A DNA stretch of 49,298 nt, taken from contig JBQEQV010000024.1 of assembly GCA_052043585.1 (NCBI GenBank), forward strand, positions 1 to 49,298. Direction: 5' to 3'. The position numbers were made by a program, and so were the translations under genes. The number at the start of each line of letters is the position of its first letter. The first letter of the stretch is position 1. The stretch comes from Anaplasma sp. Lineage in GTDB: Bacteria; Pseudomonadota; Alphaproteobacteria; Rickettsiales; Anaplasmataceae. The notes below the pieces were generated by a model. The model was not told the origin of the DNA and did not search any database. It saw only the letters and a program-made list of their open reading frames with translations. Of the stretch, positions 9,548 to 20,762 are shown piece by piece.

Positions 9548-10111
9548 GTGGCGGCGGTGGTCACTCCGGAATTGGACGCAGGCTTCGTTGCACCCGGTTT
9601 CCGTCTTAAGTCTACGGACGGCGGGTACTGCAGCCTGGAAAGTTTCCGCGACAGGAGCGCAATGCTAATAATGTTCATATGCAATCACTGCCCGTACGTC
9701 AAGGCAATCATAGAACGTTTGGTGCGCGACGTGAAGGAGCTCACAGAGAGCTACAATGTCGGAGCAGTTGCCATTATGCCCAATGATACGGATGCGTATC
9801 CTGAAGACTCTTACGATAAGATGGTGGCTCTGTCTAAGCGTCTTGATTTCCCGTTTCCGTATTTGATAGACGAAAGTCAGTCTGTGGCGAAAAGCTATGG
9901 TGCCGTTTGTACCCCGGATTTCTTCTGTTTCAATAAAGACATGAAGTTGTGCTACAGGGGTAGATTCGATGATCCGCAGAAGGGTGAAAAGGAGCAGCAT
10001 GATGCGAGGAGCGAGTTATATGAGGCTGTAAAGTTCATAGCAGAAACCGGTGGTATTCCGGAGACTCAGGTTTCGAGCATGGGCTGTTCCATAAAGTGGC
10101 GTCCTGATTGA
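9548..10111 (+). CDS. AhpC/TSA-like thioredoxin-fold protein
   Basis: Motifs FICNHCPYV, YGAVCTPDFF, YRGRFDD and GCSIKW. GTG 9548 chosen because GAGGT lies upstream; the track start is 9521. Confidence 0.9.
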   Translation: MAAVVTPELDAGFVAPGFRLKSTDGGYCSLESFRDRSAMLIMFICNHCPYVKAIIERLVRDVKELTESYNVGAVAIMPNDTDAYPEDSYDKMVALSKRLDFPFPYLIDESQSVAKSYGAVCTPDFFCFNKDMKLCYRGRFDDPQKGEKEQHDARSELYEAVKFIAETGGIPETQVSSMGCSIKWRPD

Positions 10112-10121
10112 GTGTTGTCCT

Positions 10122-11819
10122 ATGCACCATACTAGTTACTTGTTAGACGCTATAGTGCTTCTCTCCGCAGCCGTAGTGGTTGTGGTGGTGTTCTGGAAGC
10201 TCAGGATTAGCCCAGTGTTGGGTTACTTCGTTGCAGGAGCTGCAATTGGCTCCCACGGTTTGCAGTTGGTTGAGCTATCAAGCGTAATCAGTAGCCTCGG
10301 AGAGTTCGGGGTGGTTTTTCTGCTTTTCCTGATTGGGATTGAGTTAACTTTCGAAAGGCTGGCCGCCATGCGGTTACATGTCTTCGGCTTCGGCACGTTG
10401 CAGGTTATAGTGACCGCCTTGCTTATCTGGTGCATTGCCAGAGCTGCTGGGGTCTCCTCCGAAAGCGCGGTGGTCATCGGTGGGGCTTTGGCACTTTCTT
10501 CAACAGCAATCGTGCTTCAGGTACTGCAAGAGAAGGGTCAGCAGGCAACACAAGTTGGCAGGCTATCCGTAGCCATTTTGCTGTTGCAGGATTTTGCTGT
10601 TGTGCCCCTGATAGTCCTGTTGCCACTGTTGGCAGGGGAGTCTAATAGCCTGGTAATGTCTCTTCTGCACGCTTTACTGAAAGCGGCTGCCGCACTTACC
10701 ATGATTTTCGTATCGGGGAGGTTATTGCTCAGGCCACTGTTCGGCACCATCGCAACCATGAAAAGTAATGAGGCCTTTATTGCAACCACGCTTCTGATTG
10801 TGCTTGGTGCTGCGTTTGTTACAGAGAATTTCAATCTATCCATGGCGTTGGGGGCGTTCGTTTCGGGTCTGTTGGTTGCAGAAACCGAGTATAGGTACGA
10901 CGTGGAGCAGGTCATCCTGCCGTTTAAGAAGCTGCTCATCGGGCTGTTTTTTATGACCGTGGGCATGTCAGTCGACACAACGTTGCTCATCAACAAGTTG
11001 CCAATTATTTTCCTGCTGTCCGTGTCTCTGATGTCACTGAAGGCGCTCATAGTTTGTGTCTTGTGCCGGTTCTTCCTGTTTCAGCTGGCTGCGGGGATAC
11101 AGGCTGGGCTGCTATTGTCTCAGGGTGGGGAGTTCGCATTCATCTTGTTCGGACTAGCAGCGGAGAAGGGGGTCCTGCAGGACGAGTTGGCGCAAGTGCT
11201 TATGATGACGACGACCGTCACTATGGCATTCACTCCTTTGCTTGCGACACTGGGCAACTGGATTTCCGGGTTGTTGACGAAGAACAAGATTGCATTCTCC
11301 TCCCAAGAGCTGGTGTTGGATACCCGGGACCTTGATCAGCATGTGATTGTGGTTGGATTTGGCAGAGTGGGGCGCGTGGTGGGGAAAGTTCTGACCGCCG
11401 AACATGTGAATTACGTCGCTTCCGACATTCAGCCCATGGTGGTTACTGAGGGCAGGAAAGAGGGTTTCCCTGTGTACCTGGGCGACATAACGAAGCGCGA
11501 AACCTTGGTGGCAATGGGCATTGCGCGAGCAAAGGCGATTGTCCTTGTGATCAATAACAGCGTTACGACCCAGAAGATTATATCCCTAGTTGCACATGAT
11601 TTTCGCGATGTGATCATCGTGGTGCGTGTTCCGGACCTTACAAACGCTGAGACCTACAGGAAGCTTGGAGCCCATTACGTGATACCTGAGACGTACGAGA
11701 CTGGTCTTCATATTGGTGGTGTGGCACTGAGCATCAGCGGGTTCAGCTCGGATGCAATTGCCTCATTGCAGGAAGCGATGCGGGCAGAACATTACGGACA
11801 TTTACACTCAGAGGGGTAG
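10122..11819 (+). CDS. CPA2-family cation:proton antiporter (KefB/KefC-like) with TrkA-N domain
   Basis: Motifs [22 protein letters not shown] and a C-terminal Rossmann motif VVGFGRVG. Confidence 0.92.
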   Translation: MHHTSYLLDAIVLLSAAVVVVVVFWKLRISPVLGYFVAGAAIGSHGLQLVELSSVISSLGEFGVVFLLFLIGIELTFERLAAMRLHVFGFGTLQVIVTALLIWCIARAAGVSSESAVVIGGALALSSTAIVLQVLQEKGQQATQVGRLSVAILLLQDFAVVPLIVLLPLLAGESNSLVMSLLHALLKAAAALTMIFVSGRLLLRPLFGTIATMKSNEAFIATTLLIVLGAAFVTENFNLSMALGAFVSGLLVAETEYRYDVEQVILPFKKLLIGLFFMTVGMSVDTTLLINKLPIIFLLSVSLMSLKALIVCVLCRFFLFQLAAGIQAGLLLSQGGEFAFILFGLAAEKGVLQDELAQVLMMTTTVTMAFTPLLATLGNWISGLLTKNKIAFSSQELVLDTRDLDQHVIVVGFGRVGRVVGKVLTAEHVNYVASDIQPMVVTEGRKEGFPVYLGDITKRETLVAMGIARAKAIVLVINNSVTTQKIISLVAHDFRDVIIVVRVPDLTNAETYRKLGAHYVIPETYETGLHIGGVALSISGFSSDAIASLQEAMRAEHYGHLHSEG

Positions 11820-11923
11820 AGGTCGCGCATTTGGTGGGCAGCGAGATTCAGGAGAGTCTGGTGAGCAGCTCACGCGTGGAGGGTGGGGGTGTGCCCTTGC
11901 CAAAAGTTGCTGACACGGCATGC

Positions 11924-13057
11924 ATGCCTACTTCCGTCGACCCCATATCGCTGTCCTGTAGGTTAATGTCTTTCGCCAGCATCACACCTGACAGAAGCGA
12001 GGCATTACCTTTTCTCGCAAGAATACTGTCTGAACGTGGATTCAAGTGTGATCTCCTAGTCTTTGGAAGCGGAGATACAGCTGTAACCAACCTCTATGCG
12101 CGACGTGGCGATACGGGCCCTAATCTGTGCTTTGCAGGACACACCGACGTCGTCCCGCCAGGAGGTATTTGGCGCACCGACCCATTCTCACCTGTGGTAG
12201 AAAACGGCATACTATATGGCAGAGGCGCAGTTGATATGAAAGCGGCCATATGTGCATACATTGCCGCGGTATCCAGAACAAACACAGCGCAGGGCCGCGT
12301 TAGCCTTTTACTCACGGGCAATGAAGAGGGTGCAGGATGTGGGCATGGAACCAGGTCCGTACTCGACTGGATGGAGTCCAGGCATGAAACAATAGACTAT
12401 TGCGTGATCGGGGAACCCACCAGCCAGGCGCAGTTCGGCGACACCATCAAAGTGGGACGCCGCGGTTCTGCGAACTTTCAGTTGTTGTGCTATGGGACTC
12501 AGGGCCATGTGGCATACCCAGAATTTGCACATAACCCTATAGACCGGCTTTTGCTTACCCTTCGTAAAATTAAGGAAGCCCAATTGGGTCGTGGCAGCGC
12601 GTATTTCCAACCATCACATTGTGAAATCACAAGCATTGACGTCGGCAATGTCACAAAAAACATCATACCAGAATCGGCAGGCGCAATGTTCAATATCAGA
12701 TTCGGTGATGAGTACACGGCTGAATCCTTGCACAAAGACATCGATGCAATCTGCGCATCTGTGGCAGGCAGGTACACTCTATCCTGTGAGATTTCCGGAG
12801 AGGCATTTGTGAGTCCGCCAGATGATCGCACAGAAATTCTACGAGCTGCTATCAAGGAAGTCACCGGCCTGGAAGCCAAATTTGGTACCGGAGGAGGAAC
12901 GTCGGACGCCAGATTTATTAAGGACTTTTGTCCCGTCGTGGAATTCGGGTTACTATGCAGGACGGCACATGGTGTGGACGAGTGTACCCCAATTGACGAT
13001 GTGCTCCAACTTACAAAAATCTACGAAAAATTCATAGAGGGGTTCTTTGCTAGGTAA
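11924..13057 (+). CDS. dapE: Succinyl-diaminopimelate desuccinylase
   Basis: Motifs [33 protein letters not shown] and [11 protein letters not shown] 11924 preferred over TTG 11831. Confidence 0.95.
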   Translation: MPTSVDPISLSCRLMSFASITPDRSEALPFLARILSERGFKCDLLVFGSGDTAVTNLYARRGDTGPNLCFAGHTDVVPPGGIWRTDPFSPVVENGILYGRGAVDMKAAICAYIAAVSRTNTAQGRVSLLLTGNEEGAGCGHGTRSVLDWMESRHETIDYCVIGEPTSQAQFGDTIKVGRRGSANFQLLCYGTQGHVAYPEFAHNPIDRLLLTLRKIKEAQLGRGSAYFQPSHCEITSIDVGNVTKNIIPESAGAMFNIRFGDEYTAESLHKDIDAICASVAGRYTLSCEISGEAFVSPPDDRTEILRAAIKEVTGLEAKFGTGGGTSDARFIKDFCPVVEFGLLCRTAHGVDECTPIDDVLQLTKIYEKFIEGFFAR

Positions 13058-13742
13058 TTTGATCGAGAAGGTGGTGGGCGTTTTCTTTCCCAGAATGTGT
13101 GCCAACTGCCAACAGGAAATAAAGCGCGCAGAGACTATATGCAGCATCTGTAGACAGACCATAAAATTCCTACACAGCAGCCACGATCCCAGCGGAGACG
13201 TGGGTCTGCAACGTGAGATGCAGCATGTAGGGCCACTCACGCATGTATCCGCGGTGGAATCCGTGTTCGTATACGATACACACAGTAAAAACATGGTGCT
13301 GCGCTTGAAGTTTTGTGACGATCTGTCTCACATAGAGGAATACGCGCGCTGGATGTGCTGGAGAGGTGCAAAAATATTGGAGGATGCAGATTTTCTTGTC
13401 CCGGTTCCCATGCACAGAATTCAGCTCCTGCGCAGAAAGTACAATCAGTCAGTGCTATTGGCCCGTGCAATGAGCAAGCTCTGCGGAGTACCTACAAAGG
13501 CATTCGTGCTGAGAAAGATAAAAAATACAGCGCCCCAACACAGTTTACCCGCAGCTGCCAGAGCGAAAAACGTGCACGGATCATTTGAGGTCTTGGGAAT
13601 TGAGAGGGTATGCGGTAGGACTGTTGTACTTGTGGACGACGTAATAACCACTGGCGCGACTATCGCTGCTTGCGCCCACGCATTAGCAAGTGCTGGGGTA
13701 CGTGAGGTCAGAGCACTGACCCTCGGAAAAACACTGTCCTAG
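13047..13742 (+). CDS. comF: ComF family protein (Zn ribbon plus phosphoribosyltransferase domain)
   Basis: CANC..CSIC, PVPMH, RKYNQS and the PRTase loop [12 protein letters not shown]. Confidence 0.9.
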   Translation: MLGNLIEKVVGVFFPRMCANCQQEIKRAETICSICRQTIKFLHSSHDPSGDVGLQREMQHVGPLTHVSAVESVFVYDTHSKNMVLRLKFCDDLSHIEEYARWMCWRGAKILEDADFLVPVPMHRIQLLRRKYNQSVLLARAMSKLCGVPTKAFVLRKIKNTAPQHSLPAAARAKNVHGSFEVLGIERVCGRTVVLVDDVITTGATIAACAHALASAGVREVRALTLGKTLS

Positions 13743-13918
13743 CTGACAGTGACTTACCGCACCTAGCCTTCCGACCGCAGAACATCTCGGCAACCTCCTC
13801 CCCATTGGGCGCGATATCGCACAACTTTGACATAAATCACTTTATGCACCCGCAGTATTGTTATATGCTTAGTCGGGCTTCGGGTTGAGATGCCGGGTTT
13901 GTTGTGGGAGTTTCAGAG

Positions 13919-14608
13919 ATGGATCGTGGAGACATGATAAGGGTTGACGCGTCGGTGCGCACCAAGTGTGGGACTGGTAGTGCTCGCGCCCTAAGGGCAG
14001 CTGGATTGATACCGGCCGTGATATACGGTAAGGGCCGGGACCCCATAAGCATCTCGCTGTCACAGAAGGATTTCCTAAAGGAGTGCCGCTCGGGTCCTAT
14101 CTTCTCGAAGTTAGTACAGCTTTGTATAGACGGCAAGGAGGAGTACGCGCTGACCAAAGCGATACAGAAGCACCCGGTAAGCGGGACTGCTGTGCACGTG
14201 GACTTCCAGTTCGTTGATCGCAGCACGGAAATCAAGGTTGAAGTGCCTTTGGTGTTCCTCAATGAACAGAAATGTGCGGGAGTGAAGTTCGGCGGGGTGT
14301 TGAACGTTTTGCACCGCTCGTTGCTGGTGCGCTGCGCCCCTGATGCAATTCCGCAGAGTTTCGAGGTAGACCTGCTTGAGTTGGGTATAGGACATTCCAT
14401 CCACGCAAGTGACCTTGCGCTTCCTGAGTCTATTCAATTGGCGATGAAGGAGGAGAACCCCGTAATCGCATCGGTGTCCGCAGTTTCTGTGGAAGCGGAA
14501 GAGAAAGCCACCGAGTCAGAGGGCGGAGAGGCTGCTGGAAAAGACAGCAAAGCCCAGGCAGATGCCCAGGACCATGGTGCATCAGGAACTCAGGAACACA
14601 CCAAGTAG
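13919..14608 (+). CDS. rplY: 50S ribosomal protein L25 (Ctc form)
   Basis: Motifs [24 protein letters not shown] and [13 protein letters not shown] lies 8 nt before ATG 13919. Confidence 0.95.
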   Translation: MDRGDMIRVDASVRTKCGTGSARALRAAGLIPAVIYGKGRDPISISLSQKDFLKECRSGPIFSKLVQLCIDGKEEYALTKAIQKHPVSGTAVHVDFQFVDRSTEIKVEVPLVFLNEQKCAGVKFGGVLNVLHRSLLVRCAPDAIPQSFEVDLLELGIGHSIHASDLALPESIQLAMKEENPVIASVSAVSVEAEEKATESEGGEAAGKDSKAQADAQDHGASGTQEHTK

Positions 14609-14616
14609 TCTCCGTA

Positions 14617-15165
14617 GTGCTCTTGTTGGTTGGGCTTGGTAACCCTGGCAAAAAATATGAGGGTACGCGGCATAGCATCGGGTTTGTCGTGATAGATGCC
14701 GTGGCGCGGGATTTCAGCTTTCCAGAGTTCGTTAGCAAGTACGATGCTCTGGTATCGGTCGGGGACGCTGGGTCGCACAGGGTGATGCTGATGAAGCCCA
14801 TGACGTTCATGAACCGATCGGGAGGTGCGGTACTGAAGGCGGCAAGCATGCATAAGATACCTGCGGAGTGTATAACCGTATTTCACGATGATGTTGACCT
14901 TTTACCAGGAGTGGTGAAGGTAAAGCGGGGTGGTGGCAGCGCCGGACACAACGGACTGCGTTCTATAGATGAGGCAATGGGGTGCGAATATTGGAGAGTG
15001 CGGCTGGGTGTTGGAAGGCCCGAAATCGGTAGTCTGTCCAACTATGTCCTCTCTGACTTTCATGACCCAGAGCCGGTCGCGCAGGTTGTACACAAAATTT
15101 CCTCTAATATCACAACTTTGCTGGATGGACATGTTTCAACCTTTGTATCCCAAGTGCGCTGCTGA
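14617..15165 (+). CDS. pth: Peptidyl-tRNA hydrolase
   Basis: Motifs [24 protein letters not shown] and GGHNGLRS-like AGHNGLRSI. Follows rplY as usual. Confidence 0.96.
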   Translation: MLLLVGLGNPGKKYEGTRHSIGFVVIDAVARDFSFPEFVSKYDALVSVGDAGSHRVMLMKPMTFMNRSGGAVLKAASMHKIPAECITVFHDDVDLLPGVVKVKRGGGSAGHNGLRSIDEAMGCEYWRVRLGVGRPEIGSLSNYVLSDFHDPEPVAQVVHKISSNITTLLDGHVSTFVSQVRC

Positions 15166-15403
15166 TCGGGCTTGCATTTCCGGTACTTTGGAAAGCATGT
15201 GGTGGGCAGTGTGTACGCAGAGCGCGCCAGGAGGTTTTCATGAGGAATGTCACAAGAGCAATTGTTATGGGGGAATATCTCACGCGGCACATTCTTGCAC
15301 CAGAAGCACAAAAACAGGCCGTTCCCTCCCCATTTTTGAGATTAGCGCTAGAGTGACATCATCCGCAATGGTAGAATGGCTGTAGACATGTGCGGGGTAT
15401 GGT

Positions 15404-16801
15404 ATGCCGCTGGCTAGTATATATGAGGAATGCGGGGTCTTTGCGATCCAGAACCACGCCAATGCTGCCCAAAAATGCCTTATGGGGTTGCACGCGCTGC
15501 AGCATAGGGGACAGGAGTCCTTTGGAGTCGCTGCTGCCTCAGGCACCGGTGATTTTTCGGTATATCACAGCAGCGGACTCGTGAACAGTATCTTTGGAAA
15601 GCCTCAGGAAAGTGCCCTGCAGGGAGATCTTGCAGTGGGGCATGTGCGGTATTCCACAAGCGGGAGCAAACCAGCTGCGCAGCCGATTATAGCGGATTGC
15701 AAATTTGGCAAGTTAGCCATAGCACACAACGGCAATCTGACCAATGCTGACAGTCTCCGAAACAATCTCATTAGCAAAGGTTGCAATTTCGCTTCCGACG
15801 TTGATACCGAGGTCATAGCGCATCTCATTGCAACCAGCCCTGCAGATTCTTTTATTGATTGCATAGGCCTGGCAATGCGCGAAGTCAGGGGGGCTTATTC
15901 TTTAGTCATAATGACCAACAACACTGTAGTCGGTGTCCGAGACCCGGCGGGCGTGCGACCATTGGTGCTTGGCACTGTGGATGGAGCCTACGTTCTGGCA
16001 TCAGAAACATGTGCTCTAGACATAGTAAAAGCACAATTTGTACGTGACATCAAACCTGGAGAGTTGGTTGCAGTCGATCGTGCGAACAATTTGATCAGCG
16101 AAGCTCCTTTCCCCCCATTGAAGAGCAGTTTTTGCATCTTTGAATACGTATACTTTGCTAAGCCTGACAGCGTAGTTGAAGGCCTTCCTGTTTATGAAGT
16201 ACGCAAGAACATAGGTGCGGAGTTGGCAAAAGAGAGTCCCCCTCCGAGTGGGGTGGACATGATAGTACCTGTACCTGACTCGGGAATACCGGCCGCCATG
16301 GGATATGCAGCAAAGTCCGGCATCCCCTTTGAATTTGGCATAGTGCGAAATCACTACGTGGGCCGTACTTTCATCCAGCCAACCGCGGACGGACGTCGCA
16401 TGGGTGTCGAGCTTAAGCACAGTGCAAATTCCTCCATTCTACGAGGCAAGAGCATAGTCTTGGTGGACGACAGCATAGTGCGGGGAACGACCCTGAGGGA
16501 AATAGTGGGGCTCCTGCGCAGTGCAGGCACGAAGCACATACACCTGCGCATCTCCAGCCCACCAACCCTATACTCCTGTTTTTACGGCATCGACACACCA
16601 AAGCGATCGCAACTGGTGGCAAACAATCTTTCGCTATCAGAGTTAGCTACAATGCTGCAGTGTGACAGCATCTCCTTCCTCAGCATCGACGGACTTTACA
16701 GAGCCACATGCGGAGCAGCGCGCGATGGCGTAGCCCCGCAGTATTGTGATGCCTGCTTCACCGGGCTATACCCAGTAGGTCAGGCAAAAACCGCAGAGTA
16801 G
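15404..16801 (+). CDS. purF: Amidophosphoribosyltransferase
   Basis: Propeptide EE/CGVF, LQHRGQE, GHVRYST, HNGNL, VLVDDSIVRGTT and the Fe-S ligands CFYG and CDACF. Confidence 0.97.
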   Translation: MPLASIYEECGVFAIQNHANAAQKCLMGLHALQHRGQESFGVAAASGTGDFSVYHSSGLVNSIFGKPQESALQGDLAVGHVRYSTSGSKPAAQPIIADCKFGKLAIAHNGNLTNADSLRNNLISKGCNFASDVDTEVIAHLIATSPADSFIDCIGLAMREVRGAYSLVIMTNNTVVGVRDPAGVRPLVLGTVDGAYVLASETCALDIVKAQFVRDIKPGELVAVDRANNLISEAPFPPLKSSFCIFEYVYFAKPDSVVEGLPVYEVRKNIGAELAKESPPPSGVDMIVPVPDSGIPAAMGYAAKSGIPFEFGIVRNHYVGRTFIQPTADGRRMGVELKHSANSSILRGKSIVLVDDSIVRGTTLREIVGLLRSAGTKHIHLRISSPPTLYSCFYGIDTPKRSQLVANNLSLSELATMLQCDSISFLSIDGLYRATCGAARDGVAPQYCDACFTGLYPVGQAKTAE

Positions 16802-16813
16802 GCACCCGTGTTC

Positions 16814-17761
16814 CTACACACAAGAATCACCGTGCTTTCTGTACATTGCGAGACAGCCAGGCATGATGTCTTCCAACGACTGCTTCATAACCTTCACATT
16901 ATCGCCGGGCCTGCGCGCCACGATGTCATACTTTGCAAGTTCCAGCTGATCCGCTGTGAAAAGCGGCTCGGCCCTACCAGTTAGAGGCTTAAGCACAAAG
17001 GACACAAATCGCGACTCAAGAAAGAATGCTATTATCCTCGCTAACAAAGAAGGCAGCTCCAATATGGGCTTCTGCCGAGACGTGGTCCGCATAATGAACA
17101 GGGCCATATCCTTAAGGGAGTATGTTTTTGGGCCACACACCTCATAGATCCTCTCCGAAGCTTTGCCCTCAACCACGTTCGCAACCAGCTCCGCCACCTC
17201 ATCGACGTATACCGGCTGCAGAAGACCCCGTCCTTCGATGAGGGGCAAAACCGGAAGCACCTTGGCAAGCTTAGCCAGCTTGCTGAAAAAGTGATCATCC
17301 GCACCAAACATCACATTGGGCTTTATGATAACCGCATCCTTACAAACGCTCACAACTGTATTTTCCCCTTCGAGCTTGCTTGTAGCATAAACCGAACTCG
17401 CAGCAATTTCGCTTCCCATAGCGGAGAAATGGATAAATTTCTTGCCGTATTGCGCCGCAAGTTTTGCCATATACCCCGGCACCGTGACGTGTAAGTACCG
17501 CAGCATCTTTCGCCCGGGAGCCATGCTGCCTATCAGATTTATGATAACATCACACTCCGTCACGAGCTGTTCAATCAGGAGAGTATTAGACAAACCCCCC
17601 GGCACTATTTGTACCTGCCCGAGATTACCTAGCATTTTAAGCCGCGCAGCCTTTTCCTGGTTGCGAGTAAACACGCTGACGCTATGCCCGCGCTTGACAA
17701 GCTTATCTACTACATATCCTCCTACAAACCCACTACCTCCAAACACAACCACTTTTTTCAT
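16814..17761 (-). CDS. NAD-dependent epimerase/dehydratase, complex I NDUFA9-like
   Basis: Motifs VVVFGGSGFVG, GNLGQV, YATSK..GE and QPVYVD. ATG 17761. Confidence 0.88.
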   Translation of the reverse strand: MKKVVVFGGSGFVGGYVVDKLVKRGHSVSVFTRNQEKAARLKMLGNLGQVQIVPGGLSNTLLIEQLVTECDVIINLIGSMAPGRKMLRYLHVTVPGYMAKLAAQYGKKFIHFSAMGSEIAASSVYATSKLEGENTVVSVCKDAVIIKPNVMFGADDHFFSKLAKLAKVLPVLPLIEGRGLLQPVYVDEVAELVANVVEGKASERIYEVCGPKTYSLKDMALFIMRTTSRQKPILELPSLLARIIAFFLESRFVSFVLKPLTGRAEPLFTADQLELAKYDIVARRPGDNVKVMKQSLEDIMPGCLAMYRKHGDSCV

Positions 17762-17968
17762 AACACAGCCATTACAACTCAGCCGACACCCGACATTATC
17801 CACATTTAAAATTCCTACGCAATCATATTAGACCTGACACACCCACAAGATCCTCCAGCTCCCACTAGCTGCTCAGAGCAGAAAATCACGCACCATCCTG
17901 GGTTCTGCACCCATTGGAAACCCCGGTCCAGCATAACAAAAGGTGAGTATCACTCTGAGAAGATTACG

Positions 17969-20080
17969 TTAATATTTCATATCCGGAAGGGAGTATCCAA
18001 AGATTTCCATGAGCCTATACGCCATCAGCCTCCCCTCTTCGGTTGTAACCATTTTGCAAGCATCAGAATGCGCTTTTAGCATCGTGTTGATGTCGAAGGG
18101 ATTAGCAAACCTGAACTCCACAGCACCAGATTGTTTACATCCAAGCACATCGCCGCCACCACGCAGCATCAAATCTTGTTCCGCAATGAAGAACCCATCT
18201 TGCGAATCGCGCAACACGTTTAACTTGCGGTAAGCCATATGCCCGATAGGACCGTGTAGAAGTATGCAGAACGACTGTTTATCCCCACGCCCTACCCGGC
18301 CCCGAAGCTGATGCAATTGCGACAATCCCAACCTCTCCGGATTCTCGATGACAATGATGGTAGCATCCGGAACATCGATTCCCACCTCGATAACCGTGGT
18401 TGCCACAAGCATCTTGATGTCCCCCGCGTGGAATGCCCTGATCGATTCGTCCTTGTCTGCCCGCGACAGGGCACCGTGCGATATACCAACGGAAGATCCG
18501 AATATCTTTTTGAATAACGCAAATCTATTCTCAACAGAGGCCACATCCGGCTCTTCAGATTCGTTACCATCCCCAATACGTGGGCATATCCAATAAACCT
18601 TATGCCCATCAGACATAGCGCTGGCAAGTCTGGAACACACCTCATTTATTCTGCTAACCTGCACAATACTAGTGCGAATAGGACGCCTGCATTTCGGCTT
18701 TTCGGTAATTGTCACGCGATCCATATTCCCGTATAGAATTTGCTCCAAAGTTCTCGGAATTGGAGTCGCGGTGATGAATAGGATATCAGCCGATTTACCT
18801 TTTTCGATTAACCGCATTCTTTGCAGCACACCAAACCTTTGCTGCTCATCTATAACCACAAGCCGCAAATCACGAAATGCAACGGACTCTTGGAACAAGG
18901 CGTGAGTCCCGACGAGTATGTGTATCTTGCCTGCAAGCAGCTCATGCGCCAGGTACAGCCTTTCCTTATCCTTAGTGCTGCCGGTCAGCAATTCAACGCG
19001 CACACTCAATCCCTGCACAGCATCCCTAATACGCGTACAGTGCTGCTCAGCGAGCATTTCCGTGGGCACCATTAGTGCAACCTGCCCACCGCTCTCCACA
19101 GCGTTCAGTATCGCAAACAGCGCAACTACAGTCTTGCCGCTGCCAACATCACCTTGCAACAGCATGGTCATCTGCTTGTTTGACGCCTGGTCTCTCGTAA
19201 TGGCTTCAATTGCTGACTTCTGCCCATCCGTAAGTTCAAATCCCAACTTTGCCATAACAGCCTTGCGGTAGGTGCCGTCCCCCACGACCTGGACACCTCT
19301 GTTGTTGCGACCCTGCCTTGCAAAGTACATCGCCGCATGGTGACCTAACAATTCATCATACGCCAGTCGCCCCCTGCATAGAGGCACAGCCCTCGGGTCA
19401 ATGGGGTCGTGGATTGTCTTGATACTTTGCTTCCAGCTATACCAGGCCTTCCGTTGCATTAGGCCGGGGTTGATCCACTCCTGCAAGTCAGGCAGCAAAT
19501 CCATTACCCCCTTGATTAGCTTATGTATCGCTTTGGAATGCAATCCTTTGGCCGCAGCATATAGAGGCTCCAAACCGCATATCGCTGAAAACTGTTCAAG
19601 ATCGTCCGTGGCATAGTCTGGGTGAGTAATCTGTAGTCGGCCATATTGGCGCTCTAGCTTACCACTTACCACACATTTGCACCCGGTTTTAAAGACACGC
19701 TTTAGGTATTCTCTGGAGTAGTTGAAAAATACCAGCGATATGGCCCCGATTTCCGATTCCAACAGAACCTTGTAAGGTACCCGGCGCATTTTCGGGAACG
19801 AGGGCGGAACGTGCCGACGCACCAGTGCAATAAATGTCACTACACGTCCTACGGAGTCCTCGCTCAGCGATAAGTTTGTTCTATCAACATAGCCATGCGG
19901 CGCGTAAAGTAACAAGTCTATTATCCTGCAGCCGCCACACAGTTTTTCTAGTAGACTGCCTTTCTCGTTGTTCACGCCCGGGATATTGTATATGCTCGAG
20001 AAGATGTTGATATTAGCCTCTTCCTTGCGTATAGCTGTGACATCATGTTTTCGGCTATCGACCAGTGGTTGGGGAATCAT
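17969..20080 (-). CDS. recG: ATP-dependent DNA helicase RecG
   Basis: Motifs LLQGDVGSGKT, DEQQRFG, TATPIPRT, QLHQLRGRVGRG and DGFFIAEQDL.RGGG. Confidence 0.97.
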   Translation of the reverse strand: MIPQPLVDSRKHDVTAIRKEEANINIFSSIYNIPGVNNEKGSLLEKLCGGCRIIDLLLYAPHGYVDRTNLSLSEDSVGRVVTFIALVRRHVPPSFPKMRRVPYKVLLESEIGAISLVFFNYSREYLKRVFKTGCKCVVSGKLERQYGRLQITHPDYATDDLEQFSAICGLEPLYAAAKGLHSKAIHKLIKGVMDLLPDLQEWINPGLMQRKAWYSWKQSIKTIHDPIDPRAVPLCRGRLAYDELLGHHAAMYFARQGRNNRGVQVVGDGTYRKAVMAKLGFELTDGQKSAIEAITRDQASNKQMTMLLQGDVGSGKTVVALFAILNAVESGGQVALMVPTEMLAEQHCTRIRDAVQGLSVRVELLTGSTKDKERLYLAHELLAGKIHILVGTHALFQESVAFRDLRLVVIDEQQRFGVLQRMRLIEKGKSADILFITATPIPRTLEQILYGNMDRVTITEKPKCRRPIRTSIVQVSRINEVCSRLASAMSDGHKVYWICPRIGDGNESEEPDVASVENRFALFKKIFGSSVGISHGALSRADKDESIRAFHAGDIKMLVATTVIEVGIDVPDATIIVIENPERLGLSQLHQLRGRVGRGDKQSFCILLHGPIGHMAYRKLNVLRDSQDGFFIAEQDLMLRGGGDVLGCKQSGAVEFRFANPFDINTMLKAHSDACKMVTTEEGRLMAYRLMEIFGYSLPDMKY

Positions 20081-20101
20081 GGGTTTTTCAATAGGTAGCG
20101 C

Positions 20102-20638
20102 ATGAACATATTGCTAATAATATCGGGCAGCGTTGCAGCATACAAGTCGCTCGATGTCATTAGGGCCCTTAGAAAGCAGAATCACGATCTGCTGTGCATT
20201 CTCAGCAAGTGTGGGGAGAAATTTGTGACCCCACTGTCTGCGACAGCACTCACCGGTCAGTACACCTACACAAATAAGGATTTTTTCTCGTTGCAGGCAA
20301 GTATGCAGCATATCTCCCTATCAAGAAATTCTGATCTGATACTAGTTGCTCCGGCAAGCGCGAACATTATGGCAAAAGCAGCCCACGGTATATGCGATGA
20401 GTTAGCCACAACCGTGCTGATTTGCGCTAAAGTACCAATCGTGATGGCGCCGGCCATGAATACTGCAATGTGGGAAGCAAAAGCCACCGTACGTAATCTG
20501 GAGATCCTGAAGCGGGACGATGTGAAAATCATTGAACCGGAGTCCGGCATACTTGCATGCGGTGAGGAAGGTTATGGTAAGATGGCAAGCGTTGAAGCGA
20601 TAACCGAGTTCATCGGAGATATGGACAGTACCGCCTAG
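20102..20638 (+). CDS. coaC: Phosphopantothenoylcysteine decarboxylase (stand-alone CoaC/HFCD flavoprotein domain)
   Basis: Motifs SGSVAAYK, HISL, APASAN, PAMN..MW and LACGEEGYG. No CoaB domain. Confidence 0.85.
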   Translation: MNILLIISGSVAAYKSLDVIRALRKQNHDLLCILSKCGEKFVTPLSATALTGQYTYTNKDFFSLQASMQHISLSRNSDLILVAPASANIMAKAAHGICDELATTVLICAKVPIVMAPAMNTAMWEAKATVRNLEILKRDDVKIIEPESGILACGEEGYGKMASVEAITEFIGDMDSTA

Positions 20639-20762
20639 TCGTAGTCCCGTCGGGAATTCCCTTCACTATCGCAGGGTTGGTGTGGTCGCAATTCCTCACA
20701 TGCATACCAATAGCGGAATGATCGACCAAAACTTCTAGCCAGATCTGGGTGCTGCAGGACAA

